From positions 18,972,001 to 19,036,000 of the forward strand of contig JAQFVV010000006.1 in NCBI GenBank assembly GCA_028023455.1: a stretch of 64,000 nt of DNA, given 5' to 3'. The stretch comes from Epiperipatus broadwayi (Eukaryota > Animalia > Onychophora). The notes under the pieces were generated by a model. The model was not told where the DNA came from, searched no databases, and saw nothing but the letters and a program-made list of their open reading frames with translations. Both the position numbers and the translations under genes were made by a program. Shown in pieces: positions 26,120 through 38,400 of the stretch (position 1 is its first letter; every line of letters starts with the position of its first letter).

Positions 26120-29100
26120 TCATTTTAGCACACATTTTACTTCTAACTGCACTATCTCTTTACATTCTAACTATATATATATATATGGCACTAAATAGCT
26201 ATATATAGCACCTCCTCCACTTCAGAAATTACAATTTCTGAAGTCTCACACAGTCTTTCAGATAGCTCGGTTCTTTTTAGTTCTTTGGGATCTATGCAGG
26301 GTTGCTTTTCATCAGTTATGTCATTGTTTACTTTGTGCCCTTCATTTATTTCTAACAAGTCTGATTCCTCTAGATAATTTGGAATGTCCAGCACTATATT
26401 ACTTCCAGTTCACTCAATTTCTTCTTTCCGATATCTGACATGATTTACATGTTTTCACGTGATTTTCTCTGTTTCTGTTTCAACAACTACTATTTCCTTT
26501 GATAGATGTTTTTTTAATTATGCCTTTCACCCGTACTTACCGAAAACATCTCTTAACCAGACTTTTTCTCCCTCCGTGTACTGCAATTCTGAGCTGTTGT
26601 TTTAATTACTCGAAAAATTTTGATCTGGATAAATCAATAACTTTGTGCAGATTTTCCATCGAATATTATCTCAGCTGGAGATTTACCTGAACTACTGTGC
26701 TAATACATTAAAACAGAATACAATGTTTTTGTATATTTGCAGTATCTTCCTTTCATAGCATTTGTACTGCCTTTTCTGCAATACCATTGGACTCAAGAGT
26801 GATATTGGGGCATAGCTATTTGTTTAATTCACCATTCCTTAAGAAAATACTTGAATTTAGTGAACATAAAACTGATTTCATTGTCAGATACTATTGTTTT
26901 GGGAAAACCATGAAAAGCAATTGTTTCTTCAGTGCTTGTATTTTTTCCAATTCTATATTCAGTCTACTTTGAGCACAAGTAGATCACTACTAAAAAAAAT
27001 GTAGCCGTAGAAAGATCCGGCATGATCAATGTGAATATGACCCCAAGCTTTATTGACTACAGGCCATGTAATATAATTTTTCTTTGGGAATGTTTGCATT
27101 CACTTGACAATTCTCACAAGTTTCCACGAATTGTTCTATCTAAGAATTAATTCCAGGCCACCCTACATAACTTCGAGCAAGTACAGTAGTCCATACAAAG
27201 CTGACGATGACCACTACTAGGTATTAATAATCTATTATCCATTAACATGCATATCTTATTTATAGACAGTTTTTCTCTTATGTCCCACATAGATTAATGA
27301 AGTATCTCGGGCCAACTTCTGGGCTAGCTTTTGCTGATCCACTTGATCAAAAGTTTATAACCATGCTCAGCTTTTGTTCAACTCTCTATCTTTTCACTGT
27401 CTATTACTACATTATTCCAATTGCCTATGTAGTTAATGGTTGGATCAAGTTCCTGTAATTTAATTGGGACTCTCGACAGCAAATAACATTTCCTTTTTTT
27501 AAAATTTAGCTCAAAATACCCACTAATAAATTTAGCCATTGTAACATTCTAGAGCTCAAATGATTTAGTGCAGTTTTATTTTTAGTCCATATTCCTAACA
27601 GTGACTTATAATCAGTAAGATCTTGAATGGTCTGCCATAGAAGTAATGGTAGAATTTGCCTCTTTATCTAACTGACTGTAGTTTTGCTCTGCTTGGGTTA
27701 GTGTTCTAGAAGCGAAAACTATTGGTCACTCCCACTCAGCTATTGTTTGATTTAAACCGCTCCAACCCCAAAATCCAATGCATCTGTTATAAATATCACT
27801 TGGGGGCTACTGCCATAATATACTAATAAACTATGTGATGTCAACAATCCTTTATAGCACTAAAAGCTTTTTTGGAGGGGTTTGATCCCAATGCCATTTT
27901 TGACCTTTTTAAAAAAATTATACAATGGTCGTGCTACATGCACTTTTCCCTTTAGAAAAATTTTGAAATAATTAAGAAGGCCCAGAAAATCCTAAAGTTC
28001 TCATACATTTCTGGATCTTGGGTACTTCTTTTAGGGCTATGATTTTCTGAGGATCGGACTTCTTTCCCTTGCTTGATATGATAGGTCTCAAGAACTTTAT
28101 TTCAGTTGTTATCCAGATATCTTTTTCTGGGTTTATTCTAGCTCGAAAACTAGATAACTTATTGCAAAATTTTAATAAAAGTCATTCACGCAATTTCTCC
28201 TCTGAATTTACAACTATAAAATATCATCAAAATAAGGTGTCATCCATTTGTTGGAACAGCATGTTCACCTTGGCTTGGAAGATGTTTGGTGCAATGGTAA
28301 TTCCATAAAGCAGCCTATTATTGTTAAACAATCCCTTGGGAGTAGTGATCATCAACAATTCAGAGGTCTATTTAGAAACTGGAATCTGATGAAATGCAGC
28401 CTTCAAATCAATTTTAGCAAAATGATTTGCCTTTTCCATATTAACTAATATTTTTCTGGTGTTAGGCACAGATACTGACTCTTTGTAAGCTCTTATTGTA
28501 TCATTTACATATATATCGTACAAGTATATTGGCATTGAGTAAGGTTTAAAAGAAATAAAATTTAAAAAAATCATCAATGGACGTAATTTAGTTTTTTTTT
28601 ATTAGTTAGTGTAGTTTATATTATTTTTTTGATACATACAATGAATGCTATTAGTGTTTAAAATTATCTATTTATTAAAGTAATGTTAATATTGGAGAGA
28701 ATGTAAGCACATACAGATTACTATCAGAGTAAAACCTTTCACCAGAAAATTAAAGATGACAGAAATAAGTTATAAAAAATAGAACTTTGTAACTAAAAAG
28801 TAATAAGAAATGTTGAAGATTATAGTGATAATAACACAAAAGATAAGAGGATATGCACAGAAATCTCAAAATGGTCATCAGTATAAAAAAAGCAGACAAG
28901 TTTAGAATTGGTCTTTTACCTGTGTTTTGCTGGCTGTTTCTTATGTGCAGCATTTTTGAAGACAATAAAATGCTACTACCCAGAACTACTATGATGATTC
29001 GCCATAACTTTCTCTCACAAAAGTCACCAAAAACTTTGTCTAGCCTTGCCCTAAATACGAATCAGAGATGCAAAAAGTTTTACCAGAATGAAGCCTTAAA

Positions 29101-32020
29101 GAATTACCATGGACTCCTCACAAAAAGAACTTACTGGTAAGTCAATGGCCACATCGTAACTCATATATAAATCAAAAACAGATTTATGAACTAAAGTTTA
29201 AAAGATAAACTTCTAATATAGCAAAAAGAAAGAAGGAGAGACATTTGTGATTTTATTCTTAAAAGTGAACTATTTGAATTAAATGGTTAACGTTTTTTCC
29301 AATATTATAATTCTTATTGTTTAAATATTTAATGTGTGTTAATAAAACTTTTACTAATAATATAAACCTTTCATTGTACTTTAATTATTTAGATTTTATT
29401 ATTAAGTTTAGAGAATTGTGTAAATTACCTTTGCCGATATGCTTGATTAAAGCATGGGAAAAATTCTTATAATAAATTAAGTGACAGGAAAACATAATTC
29501 TGCTCTTACTGTTAATTATTTACTTTGTAAGTCTCAACAAAAATGTGACAAGAGTTAGGAGTCTACAGATTCTGGAGCCCTCTTAAATAAATTAACCTAA
29601 CTCCAGCGTCAATTCGAGTTATAATAAATATGCGGTCAGTTAGACAGGAAACATAACTATTTCTTGAAATACCTGCATTCCTACTGGATTGGATCACTAT
29701 CATTAAATAGTTTGGCTAACTAGCACTTTATAGAAAGTAATAAAAGACCTAAATCAAAACATAAACTGTCACATTCTTATTTACCATAATAATCTCCACA
29801 AATGCAAACTTGTCCATTTGGTTTAGCTATCATTCCAAATGGAATGATCCATTTGGTTTTCTTGATTGGTGTCCATACTCCTTTACTAATTAAATCATTT
29901 AACACCTGTTCTATTTTAGCTTGTAGTGCAAAAAGAACTTTTCTAGGCCTGCAAATCATGGACATTGCTCCATCTTGCAACACTATATCTATTGGCATAG
30001 TAATGATTTGGCTCTCCGTATTGTTAAATAAATTTGTGTATTTATTTCTTATTTCTTCCTCAATAGCAATCTTGTTAACCATACATATTTTTATTCCCAG
30101 AGCCTTGAACCATTCCCTACCTATAATAGAGTTAAGACTGCCTTGCGCTATATATAATGGTAGTCTACAGCCTTTTTTTAATTTTTACACTTATGTCTAC
30201 TTTCCCTAATATCCCCATAATATTACCACTAGCATCTTTCGCTTTCAAACTAGTTCTCATTAATATAGGGGAGTTCATACATTTTTTTGTTACTTTATCC
30301 CAGTTTTTGACTGCTATCATTGACACAACCGATCCACCGTCAATTTCCATTTTCAAATTTGAAATTTAATAATTTCACTGACATCATTAATGGATTGCCA
30401 TGAGTAATGTGGTAAATCTCAGATTCCTGCTTATTTCTCTTTTGAAAAAGTTGGCAAGGTGCTACTATCTTTTTCCCCATTAGCCCTATATGCTTTCTGT
30501 AAATGATCTACTTTGCCACAGGCTATACAATGCTTTATTATTAAATCTACACTTCCTTGCCATGTGGCCTTTTTTGCACAGCAGGAGCAAACAATTTCCT
30601 TCATCTTACTCTTAGCAGGCTAATATTTATTTTCAGTTTTTTGTACAAACACGCTACACTCATTATTAGTAAAATTCTGAAACTGCTTAGATTGGTCAAT
30701 CGTGATCTCATGGGCTAGTCCCATTTTGACTCCCTCCTCATACATCAAGTTTCTTGAAGACAGTAACTGCTGTTTAAGCCTATCATTAGACATTTCCCAA
30801 AGTAATTGTTCAAGTAGATTATCCTCTAACGCATTGCCATAACTACAACTCCTAGAAGTTCCCCCAATGTTTGATCATAATCATGTAAGTGTTCCCCTTT
30901 ATTTTGCTATCTATTCCTAAAATGTAGTCGCACTACATGCTTAGAGGGCTTGGGGCTAAAATAATTATTTAGTTTTTCACCTACTATTTTGTACAGCAAT
31001 TTCTCTGGTTCTTTGTAATTGCATAGCCAATTTGAGATTTCTATACTTGTTGCCTGACATAATATAACAATGTGGCATCTTTAATGGGATCACTGATAGC
31101 CTCTTGAAATAAATTGATCAATCAACAGGGCTATTGACATTAAATTCATTTATTGTCACTTGCGGCACAGATATCATCTTAACTCCGTAATTCAAATTAG
31201 TAATTACTAATTTAAAAAAAAATTTTTTTTTCCACAATTATCAAACTAGGCTGACTTATCCAACCAGTGTAACCTTATTATGCCTACAAAGTTACAGCTA
31301 CTGATCGAAATCCCATCTCTGACTATGACTAGCAAAAATTGCAGTTCGATTTTAATCCTGTAAGGGACTGCACCAGTTTCTACTATGTACAGCCACCATG
31401 AATGTTACAGTCATGATAAGTGTGGTCAGACAAGCAGAAACAAAATTAATTCGAAACAGTTTTGTTATAACTAAAATTTTGACTTTATTGCCACAAGTTA
31501 ACAATAGTAAAGTTTAAACTAACAATACTTAATACACGTTACAAATTTATATAGTTATAGTTCAGTAATAAAATTACTACGTATGAATGCATGGCCATAA
31601 AGGTGTAAATTAAAACATAATAAAAACGGTGTGGCCTGTTTAGTCCCTAGGTCCACTTCTGCAATTTCAATGGTGGAATTCACTGGATCACTCCACAGTC
31701 CTCCTTACGCTCAGCCATTCTGTATCTTCATATAAACATGACCAGTTCCAACAATGCAAGTTTATAGTTTAGACCTCAATTCGCTTTATCTGTGTGAGAG
31801 CTTTTATATCTTCCCTGCTGATAATAGAATGTTCTAGAATATAATTATTATCTTTTTAATAAGTATTCATTTCCTAATCTGAAATTGCTTATCAAAATTT
31901 TAATCTTTAATATTTGTAACTTTGTAATACTTTATTTCTTTTAGTTTTAACACACATTTTACTTCTAATTCCATTATCTCTTTACATATTCTAAATATAT
32001 ATATGTATATGGTACTAAAC
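26120..32020 (-). mobile_element. Decayed Gypsy LTR retrotransposon 1 (gag-PR-RT-RH-IN order)
   Basis: 5' LTR ~31381-32020, with an ~80-bp remnant of the 3' LTR at ~26120-26195 next to a GGAGGAGG PPT-like tract. PBS TGGTGCAGTC at 31375-31366. Gag knuckles ~30480-30600; protease EIDGGS (~30340); RT KIDLKAAFHQIP; integrase ARSYVGWPGI and IVSDNE. RT is interrupted by an insertion at ~28520-29785. Confidence 0.9.
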
Positions 32021-32640
32021 ATCTATATAAAGCAGACTTTTTGAATTTCATAGTGAGTTATTGGGTTTTTTTCAATTCAAATAATTTAGGACAGTTGTAA
32101 CAAATCTTTTACAAATGACTAGATGAGTTTTAAATGCAATGAAATTAACTTATTGTTACAAGCAAAGAATATTACAAATTTTAATGCAAGAGATAAAATT
32201 GTCTTTTAATAGGAACTTACACTTATGAATTTCTTTAGTTGAACAAAACAATTTTAATTGTTTCTTCAGCTTACATGAATTTTCAACTGAATAAATTCCA
32301 AAGTATAGATAAAGTTTTCAACAAAATTTTATAATATTTGCATGAATAACAATCAACCTTTTACAATATTTTCCAAAGTTCAATGAGGACAATTATTGGG
32401 ATTGGAATCCATTTAGAGTGACAGCTAAGCCTTCAGTGCAAGTGATTATGAATATCTAATTAATTTAGTTAGTGACTTTGACTTAAAACAAAAATACAAG
32501 AAACTCATTAAATGATTTCTAGACAAATTTAACAAAAGAGTTCCCTAATGTGTAAAAGCTTGCTTCCTTTTATGGCATATTTATGATGGGCTACATTTTT
32601 GTATTATGTTACAACCAAATCAAAGCACAGGAGTAGACTT

Positions 32641-32961
32641 ATCACATGATCACCATCTCTATACTAGCACATAATTGTTGTAAACAAAGGCAAAACTCTC
32701 CATATAGTAGTGCCACCCTGTGCCAAACAGAGTAATCAATGGATGCCAGAAGTCTTATGCATAAAATCCCTATCTAGTGCCTACTCATCCTATATTCCCA
32801 GACTAGTTTCTAGCTCCTCACTGATGATGGCCACAAGCCAGAAACTAGTCTGGGGATATAGAATGAGTAGGCGATAGGGATTTTATGAACAAGCCTTCTG
32901 GCATCCATTGATTACTCTGTTTGGCACAGGGTGGCACTACTGTATGGAGAGTTTTGCCTTT
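32641..32961. mobile_element. Retrozyme-like element copy C (inversion breakpoint inside the ribozyme)
   Basis: Forward arm 32641-32815, inverted arm 32813-32961. TSD GAGTAGACTT (32631-40) / GAGCAGACTT (32962-71). Confidence 0.9.
32815..32856 (+). ncRNA. Type I hammerhead ribozyme, intact core
   Basis: TCCTCA CTGATGA TGGC CACAA GCCA GAAA CTAG TC TGGGGA. Confidence 0.9.
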
Positions 32962-34599
32962 GAGCAGACTTGATGCTATACCAGATATAAGAATTTGGTT
33001 TTCTAATATTGTGCCTGAAGTCATTAGGAACTTAATTTTGCTATACATATGCCTAGTTTACTAAATTATTTTCATGTTTTGTTTTATATAATTAAAATTT
33101 GAGAATAAATGTTTGTTTTGTTTCTTAATTCTTATATTTACTTGCTTAATTTATTTCTTGTTAATATCTATGTACTCTATAAAATAAGCAGGGCATTTTA
33201 TTAAACTTTCAAGATTTGTGAAACATTTTGTCATATGAAAAGTTTGGGAAACACAAGTTTTTAACATTTCTTTCTATATACACCTGGGTCTCGTTTTATG
33301 CAGTAGATAGATTCCACAGAAAACACGCATTAAAAAAAATCACACAAAATGGGGGATAGGGGTCTGTAATTTTCAGAATTCGCATAAAAGTAAAGCAACA
33401 AAGAAAAATCACTTTAAAATTTGCATTAAAAAAATAAACAAATAAAGTATGACTAATAAAAAATTTCAAATATTTGAAAAAAATTAATACAAGACCAACT
33501 TTTTTTTTATTAACTACAGTATTTAATTTTACATTTTTCATACATATTTTAATTGTTTGTAAACTGGAAAGAAATCAGACTCAATGTGATGTATTGTAGC
33601 TTCTCCTTAAACGAAGTCAAGAATCTCTTAGCAATTATGCCCAGAGAAACCTGTTAGCCACTATTTTTATTTGTGATGTGATGTACAACTAGCGCCATTT
33701 TCAGTCTTGTGCTGTGTTAATGGTTTTCTGTTTCTATATTAAAAAAATGAGATCGTAATCAAAACAAAAAAAATTATACATTATCATTAGAAAGATTATT
33801 TTCAGTTTATAAATTCTTCGTTTTTATTTTAAATATCTAAAAGATTATTTATTTCTGTTATATATAACAAAATATACATTTTAAAAGTTTAATTTTTTTG
33901 AATATTTATTGCGATATTTTTATATGTAAGTATAAATCTATTATTATTATTTACTCATTAGTATAAATAGGTTATTTACATAGAAGCTAAAATTCCAAAT
34001 ACAGCTTCAGGTCATATTCACGTACTGCCAATATAACATTATATTTTTGAAGAAAAAAAAGTATTTCAAGTGAAAATAAGTTATTAATAATTTAAATTTC
34101 TTGATATCTAATAAATATAGTGAAATATGAAAGATATTAAGAAGAAACATGAATCACATAACTTCAAAATCGCATTAAAATAATCAGCATAAAATGAGAC
34201 CCAAGTGTATATCAAATAGCTGCACTTTACAAATTGGTGCTCCGTACAATCAGTATTTGTTATAAGCATACAACTTGTACGAAATAATATTTCATATGTA
34301 TGTATGTATGTATATATATAGTAACTCTTTGAATCCACGGACTAATATTCTATAATTTGAAAAAACATACAGAAACTATTCCAAAGGTTTGTCATAAAAA
34401 TTAAGCTATGCTAGTCTTGGAGCTAAATAGATATAACACGAATCCAAAAATTATCCCAATGTAATTATTGTGTGTTGCCCACAAAAGAAATTAATAACTG
34501 ATGCTACATTTACTGATCTAATCCTATAATTGTGTTTGGAAAAATGGTCTAAAAGTTTCCAAAACCTTTAAATGCAAAAAAAACATTAATTTACTTGAC

Positions 34600-35480
34600 A
34601 AAATAATCTCAAAAGTAAAATTGAAGTGATACTAAATGACATTATAGTAGATACAAAATTTTACAGAATAGTCTGCCACAAAATTCAGTTCTTATCTACT
34701 TTATTTAATGTCTTCATCAGTGATCTTCTAGATATTAGATACAAAGTGGAGGAGATTCATCTGTGCTGATGACATTGCCTTCATTTCACAAGAGAGATTC
34801 TTTCCAAAAATAAAAAAGTCTTTCAATAAGGATATGAAAAGTTTGGAGATTTTTTTTCAAGGATTGACATCTTATTTCTAACTTTTCATCTAAACAATGG
34901 GGAAACATCTTGAAATATAAGTTTAGTTTTTTGCAACAATGGACTGTGGCAAAGTGCTGCCCCATACCACTTGGGAATAAAAGTTGGATCATCAGGTCTG
35001 GTTTATTTTCCTCATTTAACTAAGATTAAATAGCAATAATTTCTGGGAATAATTCCCATTGTTTTAGATTGCAATGCAGACATTTTATATCAGAAAATTA
35101 CTCTGCCCCTATTTGGAGTGAAAATGGCCATGATGAGTTTCTAAATACTAAAGCAAATGTTATCACGGAGAATGTTATTAATATATTCAGGTCTAATTTT
35201 TGTAGTTGTTTCCTGTTCTTGCACCTATTTCTCCATCAAACATGAGAAAATTTGCCACACAAAAATATATAAAAAGTTGTTAAATAGATTGGACTTACTA
35301 ATAAATCAAGATATGGTTTGCCACCCAAGACTTATCTCAAATCAAGATCTTTCAATTAAAAATCTACAAATGAAGAATTATAGTATAATAAAATGGATTG
35401 CTTATAAAATTCCAAACATTTTTTTTTTCCAGATCCAACAATAAAGCAATTGGATTTGATATTCCTAGACATTACTGGAG
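34600..35480 (+). mobile_element. Decayed LINE RT fragment (clade unresolved)
   Basis: PQNSVL.STLFNVFISD (PQGS motif), ADDIA (YADD) at ~34765-34780, YSAPIW at ~35100. Confidence 0.65.
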
Positions 35481-38400
35481 TCTCATCAACAGACCACTCA
35501 TCTATTCATATATGAAATCCGACAGCAATTAATCTATGTAGTCGTGGATAAAAGAAATTATAAACTACATAATTATTAACTGTCAAATCTATGGCAACAA
35601 GGGCAGAATTGAAGGAGTTAATAAAGCCACTAGTGATTTTATCTTGATTAGAATCTCTACAAATTCCTTAATCTGTGTAAAAAAAAAAATCCATATGCTT
35701 AATACATAAATAAATAAAATTAAAAAATATTAAAAACTTTCTAATTTTGAATTCAATGATTTCATATGCAAGCTTATCTGTATAAGCACTTTAACAAATT
35801 ATCTCCTAAACACTCATCTCCTCAATGTGTACTGAATTAATCATAATTGTTCTCTTTGTCTCAATTCATTAATGTAGACTTTTTCATAACTACATTGTTC
35901 TAAATTTTTATTGTTTTATTGTATACATTTTTAAATTTGTGTATGTAAATATGTTAAACATAGGGTTTTCTACTTATCCATGGTTGCAACTTGGAATCCA
36001 ATATACTGAATATGGAAAGATTTCCATATAGAACTCATTAACAATCATTTTTAAAAAGCTACTTTATTCACTTTTTTGAATTATTCATGATTCTCAAAAA
36101 TAATTATATATATATATTCTAACCTGTAATTATGCATCCTCACTTCCAGATAATATAAAACGGGTTCTATCTCAGTTAATAATTAATAACTAAAATATTC
36201 AGCATTAAAATTAAAATATTTCACTAGCTCAAATTTAAAATACGAATAAGGTTCAATTTATAAAATAAATATTTAATATTTTCATGAGACTTGAAGTGAA
36301 AATACAGGTGACAAGATAGATTACATTGAGCCAATATCCCACAGGATACTACCTCAATGGCATAAGAACACTATCCCCCCTTTATTACTAGTTCAAATAA
36401 CAAACTCATAGTATTCTTACGACTTTAATAACTTCTACTCACTAAGATTAAACTAATAACTAAGTCCTAATCTTCTATTTAATAATAATCTAGCTCAAAT
36501 AAAATAATCTCAGGTTCATAAAGTTTATTCTAAGTTAATTTTAAAAATATGGTAGTAAAATATGAGAAGGGATTTTATGTCATAATCTACTACACTGAAA
36601 CTAATAATAATAAATAACAGTAATAATATTCTTCATTGTTTAACTAATTCTGTATATCTTTTCTTTTTACTATAATTTTATTACCATAATAAAATAATAA
36701 AATAATTTTATATAATCTTTACCTTCATGTAATGATATAATAAATACGTGGTAGCATTTTAATAATCTGACAAACAAAATATGTGTGGCAACTGATAGCA
36801 TATAATTTAATATAATATTGTGATAACTGATTTATGACCAATAAAATAATGTAAGATTATGATTATTTAATTATAATGAATACCAATAAAATATTTAAAA
36901 TTCTTAAAATAATTTTCTATTTATCTTTTGTGCAAAATTATATATTTGTTTTGATTATTATGCATATATCGTGTTTTCATGCAGCGATGTGGAGAAATAA
37001 ATAACTCGGACACAAAATTTTTTAAATAACAAAATTTAACAAAGTTTATTACTAACAACAAATAAATAAACAATTTATTTACACTATTTACAGTGGATAT
37101 CCTTAACTTTTTTACTTTACAGTTTGATCTACCAGGTTATAAAAAAAATTTATATTTCAATTATATTTTATTTAGATTTGGGACAAAATTTAAAAAAATG
37201 TTACTATTTGGTTTCTCATTATGATTAACTTATTACAAGTATATTTATCTACTTTATTAGCAACAGCATTTTATCCTTAATATTATTAAACTATCTTATT
37301 TTAAAAAAATTCATACTTAGAAAACATTCTATAGAAAACAAAATTTTATAATGAGTATGGATTTCTCAAAATATTAAAAAAAATTTCATCTTGCAAAGTC
37401 AAAGATGTTACACAAAATATTATCCAAAATTCAGTACTAGATTTTAGTATTTATCACACAATGTTTACTAATCATAATATATTCTTCTTTAAGCCTTACT
37501 TTAGTATGATATAAGTGTAATCATCAATATATTTCTGTTAATCAATAAACAAAAAATATACTATGCATATTGTTTACATAATTTACTTTGTACTATTGTA
37601 TTTTAAAAATATGCAATACTTATTTTTCTCTTAAAAAAAAATAATACTAAAGCATTTAAAATTATTATCACTTTAAAGAAAATATCTTTGTTTAGATACT
37701 TTATTTTAAAAAAGTTTATATTTCATTTCCGAAATAAAATTCAAAATATATTCTATGATTCTTTTCTTTCCTTAGGATACTTTGGATCTTCAATTTTAAG
37801 TTATAACATTCTGCTCCTTATAAGCAAATAAACTAATCTTATACAAAAATGATAGCATAACCTTAGTTCTAAATTATTTATCATTTCTTTTAAAATATCT
37901 TAACTAAACGATGCAGTTACATGAAATAAAGATAGCGAAAACAGATGCATAAGATTAAGGAAGAAAGCTAGAGTATTACTCTTAACATATCTCAAAATCA
38001 TGGTACAGTGCGAAGAGGTATGACATTTACTTGCCTAATATCCTCTAGTACAGGGACGATGTTAAAGCTATTTCTTCAGCTTTATTAGAACATCAAATAT
38101 TTAAAGAAATATAAACACTGTCCAAATAAAATGTGTATCAGTCATAGGGCTTTGTTAACTATGCTGATATTCACATAAAGACTAAATATTATTTCCATTC
38201 CTTATAACATCCTATTTCTTAAAACATCATCTTGGTTTCCTGTTCACTAAGTACTTCCAAGCCACTATCTCAACATTATTTCTCAAGATTTTTCTACATC
38301 TTACATCGATAAATAACTATCTGCATTTACAAAAACAATAAATAAAATTCATTAATAGTTAAACAATCTAGCTGTTCCACAAGAAAAGTCTGCTTACTTC

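Noticed and set aside
29802-30209. 135-aa plus-strand ORF (and the 127-aa ORF at 54285-54668)
   Set aside because: These are antisense shadows of Gypsy protease/RT coding sequence.
32845-33048. Similar short ORFs at 32845-33048, 60711-60917 and 61198-61425 (KTLHTV..SNQWMPEGL..) suggesting a peptide family
   Set aside because: They are antisense readings of the same non-coding hammerhead repeat, with different starts and stops in each copy.
33280-33560. Possible Tigger/pogo-like MITE end (ctgggtctcgttttatgcagtagat)
   Set aside because: No matching second TIR or TA TSD pair could be located.
36340-36770. Apparent minus-strand exons (36722-36765 and one ending near 36594)
   Set aside because: The splice-like boundaries do not join in an open frame and show no homology; ZMAT5 exons join correctly without them.
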